Assembly: GCA_028534125.1 (NCBI GenBank)
Contig: CM052838.1
Location: forward strand, 17,608,001-17,672,000
Reading direction: 5' to 3'
DNA: 64,000 nucleotides
Source of the DNA: Lama glama
Taxonomy: Eukaryota
Part shown: positions 29,110-43,006 of the stretch, in pieces
How positions within the stretch are numbered: position 1 is the stretch's first letter
Layout of the letters: every line of letters begins with the position of its first letter
Made by a program: the position numbers and the translations under genes
The notes under the pieces: generated by a model
Told to the model about the DNA's origin: nothing
Database searches by the model: none
The model's input: the letters and a program-made list of their open reading frames with translations, nothing else

Positions 29110-29470
29110 CACACATCACAGTCTTTGCAACATCTGCCTGGAAGGTTTCTGCCCTGGATATTCCCGTGCTTCAGTTCTCTCCATCTAGTCCTTATTCCTT
29201 ACTCAGAGAGGGCTTCCCTGACCTTTCCAGTGTGTAGATGGCAACACCGCCCCTGCCACCCAACTCCCTCTATTACCCTGCCCTGCTGGATCCTTCTCCC
29301 TGGCATGTGTTACCTTCTACCTGTTATCTTATTTATCATCCGATGCCCCACTCTCTGCACTGGAGCAAAAGCTCTTCCAGTGCAGGGGATTCTGTGTGCT
29401 GCATTCACTGCCATGTCCTCGGTACCCAGAACAATGCCTGACACATGGGTGACAATATCAGCATAAGCAC
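29110..29470 (+). mobile_element. L2 LINE 3' fragment
   Basis: tttgcaacatctgcctggaa...ctcagagagggcttccctgacc...cattcactgccatgtcctcggtacccagaacaatgcctgacacat. Confidence 0.75.
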
Positions 29471-29670
29471 AGCTTGTTCGGGCAGATCCCACCCTGACAC
29501 AAATGATGGCATGTTGTACATGCTGGGCTCAGCCTCCTTTTTAGGAAGACAAGTCTCAGTTCAAACTGACTGTCACTCCTAGAGGACAGAACTGTGTCTC
29601 TTCTACCTCCTTTCTCCCAAGGACCCAGCCTGGTCCAGAGCACATAGCGGATGGTCAGAATGACCATACT

Positions 29671-29862
29671 GGAAACTTGATCCCTACCTCACACCACAGA
29701 CCAGAAAAAAAAAAAAAAAAGCAAAATAACAGACTTTCTAGAAGATAATATAGGAGGAATATCTCCATGACTTTGGGATTGAGGATTTTCAAAGAGGACA
29801 CAACAGCCACTAACCATAAGGGAAAGTTGAGAATTTTCCAACATTGAAGTGAAGAACTTCTG
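29671..29862 (+). mobile_element. Old L1 (L1M) ORF2 3' fragment with an internal deletion/poly-A
   Basis: aaacttgatccctacctcacacca...ttctagaagataatataggag...atctccatgactttggg...gaacttctg resembles the L1 ORF2 C-terminal region. Confidence 0.7.
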
Positions 29863-30780
29863 GTATACTCCTTGAAGAGTGCGAAAAGGCTGGCCCAGGA
29901 AAGAGGAGAGTCTGAACAAGACAGGAGCCACACAGTGCATGGCAAGGCCAATGCTCAAGGGCCCCGGAGAATCAGGCTCCCCAAGACTGTCTGCAGTCAC
30001 CCAGGAAGGCTTCCCAGAAGAGGTGGAAGGTGACTCCATCTCACTCCTCCCCCAGCTCCGGCCTTTTCCCTCTCCTCCAGGAAAAATCAGAGACTTAAGA
30101 CAGACAGAATAGCCCCAGCCCCGCCTTCCCTGCCCCACGCAGAGATAACCAAGCAAGAAGAAACAAATGAGGGAGCCCAGGAGCCTGGCAGTGCCTTGAA
30201 AAGCTGGGCTTGACAGGGCAACAGCATTTAACACAGCTCACATCATCCATCACTGGGGCCCAGTCATTTAGATACTGGGCATTTGATTAAACTAATATGG
30301 GCGGCTGGGGCGAGGCATGGCTGGGCGCTTCCTACCCTCGCCTACAAATGAGACCGTCACACACAATCCGATTACCTTGACTGCCACATTTATCTCGGGA
30401 GAGGGGCCATCCATCACTCCTCAGCAGCTGGCTCTGCACATCCTCCCGCAGGAGGGGAGAGAAGTGGGCCCCCAAGTTTCAGCAGGCGGTGCTCACTCAG
30501 TCATTCATTCCATCACTTTCTCAGCAAATACCGGCCCAAATGCTGACCCGGGGGGCAGGTCTTGGGTGGGGCACTGGCCTGTAGAGCAAACACAGTCCTT
30601 GCCCTTGAGGGGCCCATGGAGGAGGTACGGGAGCTGGCAACAAAAGGCGAGCTCAGCATGCCACACTGCCAAGTGGCCCCGGCGTGAGTCCCAGCCCCCT
30701 CTCCTCCAGCTGGGACTCTGAGTGTGCCATGTCACTGATCTGGTCCTCAACCTCACACTCGTGAAAGGGGATGATTAACA

Positions 30781-30997
30781 CAGGGCAGCCAGTTCAAAAT
30801 AACTCCTGCAGCGATGGAAATGTTGTCTATCTGTGCTGTTCAAATGGGAGCCACAGGCCACGTGTGGCTATTGAGCACTTTGTAACATGGCTACTGTGAC
30901 CAAAAAGCTGAGTTTTAAATTGTATTTAATGTTACTTCATTAAATTTAAGTGTGACTGGCCACATGGGGCCCTGGCTTCCATGTTGGACATCACTGA
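30781..30997 (+). mobile_element. MER3 hAT-Charlie element
   Basis: gatggaaatgttgtctatctgtgctgttcaaatgggagccacaggccacgtgtggctattgagcactt...ttggacatcactg matches the MER3 consensus. Confidence 0.85.
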
Positions 30998-33453
30998 TAG
31001 AGTGGTTGCTGCCTTTTCAAGATTGTGCTGAAGGGCCAACCAGGCAGCCTCAAAATACCCTGTGCGAAGTTCTGCACATAACAAATGGCCCCTGAAGGCT
31101 GGGCCCCCTCCTTCTCGAAGGGAGGGCCAGATTCTGAGGCCCAGGAGAACAGCAGCTGTTATCTGATAACACGGTCACCTCTACTGGCTCGTCATCCAGC
31201 AGGGTGAGCAGACTCCCATTTTAAATAAAAAGAAGTGGGACTCAGAGATAAGGATGGTACAAACCCTGAAGTGGCAGACACAGGACTTGAGTCCAGGTGT
31301 TTGTGGCTTTGAACCCACCTCCATCTTCCCACTGGACACCTGACTACCCAGGGGACTCACAACAGGAGGAAAGACCCAGGATGGGGCAGGCCGGCTGGGC
31401 AGGCAGGGGGCAGCAACCTCTCCTCTGACCACCAGGTGTGTGGATGCCACGTTGGCCAGCGTCTTCTATGACTGGTTGCCCTTCAACGCCAGTGCTGAGG
31501 AGGTGGGTGGTAGGCACACAGGTGCAGCCGCACCCTGCCCGGCTCACCTCAGCCCCTCAGGCCAACCCTAAGGTGGCAGTGAGGCCCCTTCCAGTGCAGG
31601 GCAAAGCTGGGGCAGCTGACAGACTTTAGGTTCTAAATACTTCAGGCTTCCTCTGCTTTATAGGATGCCAGTTAGCACAGTCTGGAAAGGGGCAGACACG
31701 GGCTCAAACCAGCTTCTGTACTAGGAACCTGAGCTCTGAGTGAGTCAAGTCCCCTCAACGGGGACCTGACCATCCCTTACAGGGCTGGAGTGGGGATGAA
31801 AGGCACTAATGAGTGTGCAAGCAGAACTCGGCACCTGCAAGTGTTTGCTCACTGGGACCTGTTAAAATCATTAGTACTTTCCGAGCTCTCAGGGCAGGTC
31901 AGAGACCAGGTGAGACCCCCAGCCGGTGCCCTGCAGGTCTGGGAAGGCTGGAGAAATGGCGTCTAGAAACAAGCATTCCAGTAGGGGTCTGAAGACCCTA
32001 CCCCTCATTGGTGGGCTGTGCGACCCGGCGCCAGCTGAGTCACTCGTCTAGCAAAAACGAGAATAAAATCAGCATGTGCTAATCCTTCTGTGAGGATCAG
32101 ATGGAACATGCAAAAGCACTTCTAACCTGGATTTGGACAAATCTGGTAGAATCTACATGTGCCAGTGGGCAGGCTCTCCCGGTGACTTCAGAACAGCCTA
32201 ACCCTGGAGAGAAATCACCTCCCCAAGTGAAGACAAGCGCCCTGCAGAAACAGCTGGTGCTCAGGAGTCCAGTATCCAGACATTTAAGAGGTGGCCTGCT
32301 GGCAGAGGACTTCTGATAAAAACAGAGGCTGCAAAGGGGCAGGCCCAGGTCAAGGGAAGCCTGTTTGTGAGCCCCTCTCAGGAACTTGCTGCAGGGGTGG
32401 CTGGCAGGCTCCCAGGAGTGGGCTGACCTGGCTCTGGGGCTTCAAGCTGGACCAGGCGGCTGCGGAGGATACCGGGGACACGCTGCAGCTGTAGGAAGGA
32501 GCAGGCTGCCCTGGCTGGAATACAGGAGGTTGCTGGCAGGGGACCACCACCAGGCTGGGAGATGGGGAGGGATGGCTGCAGGGTGGGGGCCAGGCCAGGA
32601 GAAGAGCCTAGAGGGGAGAAGTGACCTGAAAGAGGCAGAGATGAGACGGGACTGGGGAGAGGGGATATCAGGGGAGCTGAGGAGGCCTCCCAGGAACACC
32701 CCCTCCCCCTAGACTCACCCCTCTCCACTGTCCCAGTCAAATGTACACTTAGCCACTCACACACTAGTATAAATGAATTTATAACAAAGGTGCCAAGATG
32801 GGCAAGGAGCAATAATTGAAGGAAAAAAGATGAGGTGGGGGAAGGTGGCAAGCAGCTCTCCCTAGCAAGCCACCAGTGAGTGGGGACCTTCTGTTGCCAG
32901 TACCACCAGCATCCCCCCCCCACAAAAATGCCAACACTCTTTTGTTGCCACTTAAACCAATTTGGGGGTAATTCTGCAGGCAATTGTCTTCCTATTTACA
33001 ATGCAGCTCAGTGATTGCATCGAGGCTGATGGTTCAGGCTGTAATTGTATGGTAATCACTTCTGTTTATGATCGATGCGGAAATCACTATTGTTTTCCAG
33101 CAGGCTTGTTAAATCAAAAAAGTGCTGGGGTGGGGAAGGAGGGTTTATTTCTGTGAGTTGGAACCCGGGGAAAATGAAATTAGGCAGAGCAACCCAATGT
33201 CGGGGGAGGTGGATCTGATGGCAAAGGCACCCTCATCAGCTCAGAACTGAGATAGGCAGCGACAGAGATGCAGTGACAGCAAGAGAGACATGGAAGGTAC
33301 AGGCAGAGAGGCACAGAGACACAGGTGGGTAGAGACACAAGGTTGTGGGCAGGGATGCCTAGGGAATGACCAGGCTCGGGACAGAGATGATCAGATAAGC
33401 AGATACACACAGAGGTGCCAGACAGACCCTGCTGCTCATACATCCAGAGATGC

Positions 33454-33481
33454 TGAGAGAGAGAGAGAGAGAAAGAGAGAG
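33454..33481 (+). repeat. (GA)n microsatellite
   Basis: gagagagagagagagagaaagagagag. Confidence 0.9.
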
Positions 33482-36229
33482 GGAGGAGGACCCCCTTATA
33501 GACACCCACACTTTACCAGACCTGCTCTCAACCATTCCTAGGGAGATGGGGACAATGCAGGTGCCAGGTAGCGGGCCCAGCACTACCTGCCCTGTGGGGC
33601 TGGAGCCCCGTACCTGCCCCATCTGGGATCTTCCTGCCTTCTCCTTGCCCGGGCCCCAAGGCCGCCTACCTGCTGCCTGGAAACAGGGTGGCAGATGGCA
33701 CCTGGGGGGGTCAGGTGGCAGGAGCAGGGCAGTGTTGAGAGCTGAGCTGCTGCTGCAGAGAAAGGGGGTGGGGGCTGCCCACCTGGCGGGCAGAAACCTG
33801 AACCTCCCAGAAGCTGCAGGGAACAGGCCTGGGGTGGGTGAGGGGCAGCGCCTCCCAGGGCAGCCACGGGCCCTCCACGGCTCCACAAGACTGAGCCAGT
33901 CCAGGCTGGAGGCCAAGGCCCAACAGGGAGCGAGCAGGCACCAGCTGTGCGTGCAGCTCTGACAAACCCCTAGGCTGCAGGCTGAGCTTGGCTGCAGGCA
34001 TGTGTTTATTTTCAACTACATGCCTTTCTCTCCCAGCAAAAGTACAGGGAGACCATCAGGCAACATACTGAAGATCATGACCAAGGACAAAAATATTAGG
34101 TGTTTGGTTTCCAAAGCCTGCAGGCCCGATGCCCCTGACCTCTCCTCACATTGCCTGCCCCTCTCTACCATCTGAACCGCCCTCCGTATTTCACGGTTCT
34201 GCCTCACCTCTCCAGGGAAGCCTTTCCCCATCCGGCTGGACTCTCCTCCCCTGAGCCCTACGGTACTGAGTGTCACATTGCCTCTGACGCAGGACCGTGG
34301 CGGCCCACAGACCTGGCTCTAATCACCTCAGAGAATCCACAGTGAACTGGTGACAGGCAGGCCGGGCCCTATCACAGATGACCTCAAAGTGGCTGGAGCA
34401 AGAACAGCACTCAGCAGTCTTGTCACCAGCTTCAGTGGGAGCATGAGGCCACCCGGACCTGATGAGGCGGCTTCCCTCAAACCCAGGGTACCCCAACTCT
34501 GCTGATATGCACTGCGTGTTGTCCTCCAAGGCGGCCAAGGCCCTGGGATGGAGGGCAGGAAGCTCAGCCCCCTTGGATGGAGGAGAGGACCATCCCACAA
34601 CCCTTGCATCCCCCATCCCTTGGCCTGGGTTCAGGCCCCGAACTTGCCCTGGCCTGGCCCTCAAACAGACTGGGCCCTGAACTGGGGCGCCCTGGCTGCC
34701 TAATTAGGGGCTCAGCAGGGCATGCCAGGCAGCCTCTGGAAAACCTTAGAAGTGGAACAATTGCTCCTAATTGGACTTCCAGGATTCGGCTTAAGAAAAC
34801 AGACTGCTTCTCCCCCGGGACTTCGCTTCTGAAGTATATACAAACAAGTGATGGTTGTTCAACATTAAAAACAAAGTTGGCGAAAATGAGAATTTAAGCT
34901 ACAATGAAGTTGTCTAAATGGAGAGGACCCCCAAGGGCGGGGAGCATATGTGCGTGTGCATGTGCAGGTCTGCACATCCACACAGGGCATACAGGGCACT
35001 TGGCAGGCGGACACCTTTTAGGATTACGGTCTCAAGCCAGGAGCCCCTAACCAAACCCCAAATCTTGCGGTCTGGACCCCGCATAACCTCAGGGAAGTGG
35101 GGACAAGGGCCACTGGAGGGCACCAAAGACTCGCACTCTGAAGGCGGAAGACCAGAGTTGGAGCCTCAACTCTGTCCTGGCAACCCCTGCCCGCCTTTAG
35201 CCCCTCTGGCTGCCCAGTGTTGGCAGTGACTGAACCCCCATCCCCTGGGGAGAGATGGTACCATACAGGTGGAAGCACCTTTCTGGACCCCGAAATGCTC
35301 TAAAAACATCAGCTATTTTTACTCCCTGCTCCAACGTGTAACCTCAGAGACAAGCTCCAACCCCTGTTTACTTAGCACTCGGGAGTCAGGACCCAGGGTA
35401 GGGAGGGTAAGGCAAGGCCACCTGGCCGGGGTGTTCTCCCTCCCCACACAGCCCACTAAGGGGAAGAGCGCTCCGGGTGAGCTCGCAGAGCTGGTTACCA
35501 GAGACTGAGGCTCAGGGGCAAGAGGTCAGAGCCAGCTAGAGAGGGAGCAGGGCCAACCAAGCGGGACGCTCCCTGCTCAGGTGTTGTGCCTGGGAGACAG
35601 GGCGGTGAGGGCTCAGAGACCCAGGCAGCCCTGGCTCAGTAAATGCTGGTGCCAAGGAGGACAGGAATCAACAGCCCCATTTTTCCGGTGGGGAAAGTAG
35701 GGGCCCCTAGAGGCGAGTGACTTCTCATGAGAAGTGAAACGCCGGTGGTCTTCCGACTCTGTGGTGCTCTGATACATCGAACATCTGACAGTCTCTCTCT
35801 GCAGGCACCTCTGAGACTATTCGCAGACTTCTGCCATCCCTGAGACAGGCAGAAAGGAAGCTGTGGGTAGCCAGGGCTGATTTCCCAGGAAGCCACGAAA
35901 CGCTTTTTTCCTAAAGGTCTGGGAGGGTCCAGAGTCATCTTCCCGAGGACCGGAAGGACCTTCTGGGGTCAGCTCCAGCGAGCCTAGCCTTCCCAGGCCC
36001 CTCCCCCAGTCCCTGGAGAGCTGCAGCACAGAGGGCTGCGGGGACAGATGCCCTTGGCCCTCTCTTGGGAGGAAGGACATCCCTAGAGCCTTGGGGTGAG
36101 CCCCCTCTCAGAGCTGCATGTCTGCTCTCTGGCTTGAGTGACTTAAGGATGCGCCTGCACTGGAGAAGGGGCAGGACAGGGCCAGGGCTCCCAGGCCAGT
36201 TGGGGGACCATCCCTCCTACTCTAGGATG

Positions 36230-36420
36230 ATGATATCAACTAACATTTATGAACTGCATCCAGGCGCACAGACTCAGCGGGTCCTCACAGCCATCTCGAG
36301 GTCACTGCTATTACCATTCCTGTTTCTGCGGAGGCTGAGACGTCTCAGAGCTTCAGTAACTTGCCCAAGGTCACACAACTGCTAAGTGGAGGGGCTGGCT
36401 GTAAACACCCAGGCTCTACA
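36230..36420 (-). mobile_element. MIR SINE
   Basis: actaacatttatgaactgc...ctcagagcttcagtaacttgcccaaggtcacacaactgctaagtgg. Confidence 0.75.
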
Positions 36421-38769
36421 TCTCTCTGACATAGCCCAGCATGGTAGGGAGGGATGATGCGGGCGCCTGCATGCCCCAAAGAGATCAGGACACTTTAATT
36501 CTTATACATACATGCCATTTGGCTGCCAAGGTGCCCCTCCCACATTACAGACACTCTCAACACCCCGTGTTTGCAAATCTACACAACCCTATGAGAACAC
36601 TGTCATATACACTCATTCAATAATCAGTCAACCTGTGTCTCTCGCATGCCCGCATGGGGTCACACATGTCCAACCACATGGGTACACCATATACGTAAGC
36701 AGACGTAAAACCCACGTAACATTTTCCGATGTCCCATCTTATGCTTTTCTGCAACACACATCCCCTGCAACAGGCACACTCCCACTTTACGTATGGCCCT
36801 TCCAGCTTTGCCATCTTCGTTTGGGGACTTCAAGCTCCCAGAGGACAGGGACCCTGTCTTTTTTCACATTCCCCACAGTGCCCCACCCAGAGCCAGCTCT
36901 TCATTTGTTTATTTACTCATTCAAAATGTATTAGTGTGTACTTTTTGCCCATTTGGATGTGGAACATACCAACTCAAATGAGCTCCAGCCATGAACTTGA
37001 AGAAATAGAATATTCCCGTACAAACCAAGGGCTGTTAACTTGGGCACAGTGAACCCAGGGGGACACAGGCGTGTGTATGAGTGAGCAGACACGCATGGAG
37101 GGCGTGTGTGCAGGGATTTCCACTGTTACAACAGGACTACCGGGGAGAGGTGCCCCTACTTTACAGAGAGGCAATTCAAGTGGCAGAGGGGAGTCTCAAG
37201 CTCCAGGTCACTGGGGTGGGGGTGCCAGCAAGGCTTAAGTAACAGGTGTCTAAGACCAGGGAGGCATCCAGGGAACCCAGTCTTTGGGTGGCCAGGCCTG
37301 TCCAGAGCTGGGATCTATCTGGGCAAGAGCCCTCAGGGCACCACGGAGAGCACCCCACACTCCTGGGAGAGGAGGGGGCAATGAGGAAGCCACAAGCGGG
37401 GAGGAAATCTCCATTTGTAATCTGAGGACAGAGATCTTATCCAGGTCATCAAACGTATCCTGGAGAAGGTACAACACCGTGCAAAGCCCTGAGAGGATTA
37501 TCGGCCCCTGACAGGCCTGATGCGGGGAGGCTTCATTCCAGGTGGGTGGGCTGTGGGGGCTCCACTCACGAGGGGCAGAGGTGGTGCTGGGGCAGGGGGG
37601 TGGCCGGGTGGTGATGATCCTTCTCCCCCAGCAAAAGCCTGCCCACCAGGCCCGTCTGCTGCTCACTGCGCCTTGGGGCAGGGGCATGGAGACAGCGAGG
37701 ACCTATTCCTGTTTCAAAGTGGCCCGGACAGGATGAGCCAGGTTGTGCTCACAACAGGGAGCGACTGCTTGGCCCTTGGCCCTTTTCTTGTCCTGATGCT
37801 GACCTCTGGCTGCTCCCCTCAGTGGGCTGCGCTGCCTCACTGGAGTGGGGAGAGGACATCCAGAAGTCATTAGAGACCCCATGGTAAAGCTGCCCTGGGT
37901 TCAGTAAGGGTAGTGGGAGGGGAGGCTTCCTCTGCTTTGGGTGCCACTGCCCTGAGCCCCCAAGACGGTGGCATCTGTCCTCCTTCCAGGGCCTCCCCAG
38001 GAGCTTTGGGGGACTGCTGTTGGCAAATGAAAAGCAGACAAACCTGAGGGTTAAAGCCACAAGCTTCTCTCAGCAAACAGTGAGGGGGCCCTGAGCCCGT
38101 GGCCAAAAACTCTCAGGGGCCCAGGGGAGGTGGGCGGCTGTTGGCTCCAGGGTTTCTCAGGCTGGGTGGGGAGGGAGGTGGGCATTCTGTATGTTGGCTA
38201 GTTCAGGGCTGGTGCTGGAGGAAAGGCCCCCTGTGCAGGCGCAGGAGGGGGTGAAATGGGGGAGCATTTGGATACACTTAGGCTGTGATGGAGGATTATG
38301 AGGCAGGGAAGCAGGAGGATGTGTCCCCAGAGGAATGGGCCTTACACAAACACGAGGAGACCGATGACAGAGCAGCAAGGACGGCTGACGCTTACTCACG
38401 GCTGAGGTTCTTGGGCAAGTCAGCCAGAGAGCTTCAGGAGTCCAAGGTGTAGACTTAAGCTCCTTCCTCAAGAGGGAAATGAAAGTGGATGCGTGTGATG
38501 GCCCCTACGCCCTTCCTCCAGGGCTAGGCCACCAGACGGCCGCCAGCAGCAGACACCACGCAGGAGGTGGGCCCTCCGCACTGCACGGCCAGGTCTCTGG
38601 TCACAACACACAGTACGAGGAGCACCTTACAGACGAGGAAACAGGCCCAATGTGTGGCCGGGACAAGAAAGAACCCAGGTGCTAGGGCTGAGGAACTCAA
38701 GAGAAACCGAAAGCCCAGCTGGTTTGGGAGCTGGTCATATGCCGTGAGGGTAGTAAGTCAACCTGATAG

Positions 38770-38975
38770 TAACAAGAGCTGCCACTTACTGAGCCATTAC
38801 TATGTGCCAGACACTGAGTGCTTGCGCAGCCCCCTCTCATTTACTCCCCGCTGCAACTCCGCCAGGCAGAGGCAGGTACAGGCAGCTCTGTTTTATTCAT
38901 TAGGAGACAGGGGCTTGGAGGAGTTAAGTGACTTGCCCAAAGTTACCCAGTAAATGACAGATGTGGGTTTCATAA
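38770..38975 (-). mobile_element. MIR SINE
   Basis: cacttactgagccattactatgtgccagacactg...gaggagttaagtgacttgcccaaagttacccag. Confidence 0.78.
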
Positions 38976-39232
38976 TTACTCCCCAACGCTGTCTTGGGAA
39001 GGGCGCTGGGTGGCTTCATTTTAAGAGCCCAGGCTGGGTGGGGATGGGTAGGGTGAAGCAGGGAAGTCCTGCGGGGCCCTGTGCTTCACAGAAAGGACAG
39101 CAGGGGAAGTCCAGGGCCCTGTGCACAGAGGAGTGGGTGGGAGCTGCTAACAGGGAGGCAGGCAGAGGCCCCGGGACCCTGCCTCCCTACAGATCCATGA
39201 TGACAGATTTATGAGGCCCCTTAGAGACCCTC

Positions 39233-39395
39233 CAGGACTGTCCAATATGGTAGCCACTAGCCCCATGGGGCTACTGAGAACCTGCAGTTGTGGCTAGTGT
39301 GATTGAGGGACTGAAATTTTCATTTCATTTCATTTCATCTAATACACACTAAAACAGCCACATGCAGCTAGTGGCCTTTCTAGTGGACAGCACAG
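39233..39395 (+). mobile_element. MER3-like element
   Basis: ctgtccaatatggtagccactagccccatggggctactgag...agccacatgcagctagtggc...tggacagcacag. Confidence 0.85.
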
Positions 39396-42300
39396 TATAT
39401 CTAGTGATTCTTCCTACAGGTGGGGTCCCCAAGAAGGACGAGGGCTCGGCATTGTCACATGGTCAACTTGGGAAGCCAGAGCTGGGCCAAGAGCTCGGAC
39501 CTCTGTTTCTTCCTAGGTGACTGCCTTTGCTGTGACCCATCTATGTCCAGGCTGGTCACTTAAGCCACATATACTGAGTACCCAGCATTGATACAGGTCA
39601 TGGTTGTCCTGTCCAGCAACTTACAACCTAGTGGGGCTGACACCTGGTGGGCAAATGACCACATAAAATAGGCTGATGTAAGGTTGTGGGTCCTGGATAT
39701 ACAAAAGAATGAAAGGACGGTTAGGAGACAGGGTCCTGTGTCTGTGCGTTTGCTTGGGGCAGGGGGCCAGGGAAGGCCTCCTGGCTGGTGGCATTCAGGC
39801 TGATCTTGGAAGCGGCAGGGTGGAGGGGAGGTTTCCCTCACCTCTGAAACATGGCCCCCCATTTTTCACCGCTCTCCCTCCCACATGTAGGGTCTGAACC
39901 AGATGCTGTTAAATCTTCTGTGCACACTGTGAATCTGCCAACCAGATCGCACTCTTGGGAGGTGGAGAGGGTGCCTATAAATCACCAGCCGCCTCGGGAT
40001 CTGACTGAGGAGGCACTGAGAGGGTGTGAGGCCAAACTGCTGCCAGTCCATAGGCTGTCCCCCTGTCACCTGTCCCCTCCAGCCCCAGGGAACCGCCTAC
40101 ATTGATTGAAACCCTCCTAGGAAGTGGCTGCAACCCCTGAGGGACTGGGGGCAAATTCCACAAACCAGGCTCTCTTTTTTTCCCAGGAGAGAGCAGAGGG
40201 GAGGCCTGGACAAGTTCCACCAAGTTCCCGGAGCTCCTCAGAAGAAGAGCTAGCTGCCCTCACCCCCCCACCATGGGCAACCACAGAACAGGAACCCTGC
40301 AACCAGACGAGGCTTTCCACTGCGTCAGCAGAGGCAGGGACATTCCCACAGCAGAGCTCTGACCTCGCAGGGCTCCCCGACTTCCCTGAATGGAGTCCTG
40401 CCTCAACCCAGCAGCATCCCTGCTCCCGGAAGCCCTTAGAGTCCCAGGGGTCTCCCTGGCTTTCTCTGGCCCTGGGGATGAGATCTGTGCTCCTGGAATA
40501 GGATCTGTCTCAGCAATGGCTCCGCCTCCCGTGCTCACCTCTGCTGTTTCACCTGGAGCGACAACCTCCCTAGGCACCGCTGACATTCATTCCCCTTCTC
40601 CCCCAAGACCCAAATCCTAGCCATTTCCAAACTCAAGGGCCACCTGGGAAGAGTTTCAGGCTACCCCAGCCCGAAAGTCACCACTTCCCCTCCTCCTTCG
40701 ACAGCTCTTAGGGTGTGGGACATAAGCCTCTGTTCATTCAGTTCTCCTCACCCTGCTGTGCCTTAATGCTGGCGGTAGCACCCAAAGGCAGGGCCAAGCC
40801 TTCTTCCGTCTCCTGCCTCCTCACCTCACACACACGCACACCCTCTAACATAAGACTCCAGTAGCTGCAACTCTTGGAGTGGAGTCTACCTTTCAGAGAT
40901 GAGACAGAGCAGCGCTCTCAGTACAGAGATGAGAACAGAGGCCCCCAGAGGGGAAGTGACTTGCCAAAGGTCACACACTAATTTGGCACCAGATCACAGA
41001 TGCTATCACTTGAGCGCTAGGCCCAGAGAGCCATGCTGCCATGAACAGTATCAGAATTATCTGAGGGGGCTTCACAAGACCAAAGGAAAATCACAGAGGC
41101 TGGGCCACACCCCAGAACCACATCTCCGGGGTGACTCTGGGGAGCCATGGCCTCAGGGGATGTGGGTGTCCTGGCCAAAGTTCTGTCCTTCATTCACCAA
41201 ACATGCACAAAGTACCCACTACTGCCCAGGGCCGAGCACTCATGAGGCCTGGACCCAAGGGTAGGTGGGGGCAGTTGGAGAACCCAGCAGGGTCACAGGG
41301 GTTTCAAGCAGGCATCTGTGTCATGGCTGGGGCAACTGAGAGGAGGCGGGCAGGAGGGCAGCAGACTGCCTGGCAGGCCCAGCCTAAGGCTCTGGGCCCG
41401 GCTCTGTCAGTCAGTTTTGAAGGGCACACAGCACAGCAGGCTCTGGGAATCACGAGCACTGTGAGGGTCCCCAGGGGCCCCTGGGAAAGGCCCAGGAAGC
41501 AGGGGCCTTGAACACCACCCCTGCCTCACTCAAGGGGACTGGGAACTGGGATTGTCCCCAAAGATCCTCTCATCCCTCAAGCTCCCCTGCATGGGCCTTG
41601 AAGACCCCTTCTCAGAGGTACTGGGATCCCTGACCGAGAGACAGCCCCTATTTAGACCTCAGGTTCCAGTCAGCTCAGGGCCAAGGGAAGCCGGAGGCTG
41701 CAGTGAGGCCTGCTGCTTGGGGGAGGTGGGCACCTCAGGACGCGGGGACAAGGCCAGAGACAAAGTGACCTCACTTCAGGGCTGGAGCAGGAAAGTGAAG
41801 CAAGGCATAATTAAATCTTTTATAAAGCTCAAGTTCAAAGCGGCAGACTGGGATTTGCAGTGGACCATGAGAGGACATTAGCTCCATTCCAGGCCCTCCC
41901 TCCCGTGTGACCTTGGGCAGGAAGTCCCTTCACCCCTCTGGCCAGGAGCTCCCGGAGAGGCTGGAGGTGCTTCGAGGGTAGGGGTGCTGTTTTTCCCTGA
42001 ACAGGCTCCCTCGTGAGGCTGCTGCCTCTCTGCCAGGCCCTGGGAGAGTTTCCTCCTGCAGCTGAGGCTTCAGGGAAAGCAAGGGCGAGCGTGGCACCGC
42101 GAATGCCCCGTGACATGAGGGGCAGCAGGCCTAGGCAGGGGGAGAGCGAAGGGAACCCTGTGCTAGCCAAATGTCCCCCAACTCTTCTCCCCCTTGGGCT
42201 GGGGCCTGCATGCCTCCCTCCAGGGTGGTGCTAATGAACCTGGCCATGGGCCCCTTGATGGGGTCCTCCCCTGTGGAGAGGAGTCAGCCTCTCCCTTGGG

Positions 42301-42810
42301 ATCAAAGCCGCACTGATCAAGGTAAACACCTCCTCTCCCGGAGAGCCTCTCTGCCTCTCCCAGCTCTGCCAGCACAGAACTCTCTGTTCCTGGGGACTCA
42401 AGGCTGAGCTGGCTCTCCTGCCCGATCGATGGATGACTTCACTAAGGCTGACGCCTACTGGGCACCAAGACAGTCCCCCGGGAGGTCTGAGGCTGCTCCT
42501 GGGACCTCTGCCCACCCTTACCCCTGGCTGACCTCTGCCAGGTGGCAGAGCACTGTCGGGGGAGTTGGAGACATGGGGCTCATGCCACTCGCTGGGTGAC
42601 CTTGGGCAAAACTGAATCTCAGCTTTCTCCTGTACTAAGTGGGAGCACCTGGCTGACCTGTACTCGCCTTGCTGGGAGGTGGCCAGAAATGCAGCACTAA
42701 GAAAACGGAAGGTCCCTGTATCAAATGGACTCAGCCGGCACTGTCACACATGTGGGCTCTGATCTGACATTCTCACCTCACTTCTTTCCCAAATCTCCAT
42801 CCTTCTGGGC

Positions 42811-43006
42811 CAGAGCTGTCCAATGGAACTTTCTGCCACAGTGGAAATGTTCTTTGATCTGAGCTGCCCAATCTGGTAGCCATTAGCCACATGTGGCTGT
42901 TGATCATCTGAACTGTGGCTGGTGCAAATGAGAAACTGAACTTTTAATTAATTTAAATGTATAAACACCCACATGTGGTTAGTAGCTATCATACTGAACA
43001 CTCCTG
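42811..43006 (+). mobile_element. MER3 element
   Basis: cagagctgtccaatggaactttctgccacagtggaaatgttct...ggtagccattagccacatgtggctgttga...cacatgtggttagtagcta. Confidence 0.88.
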
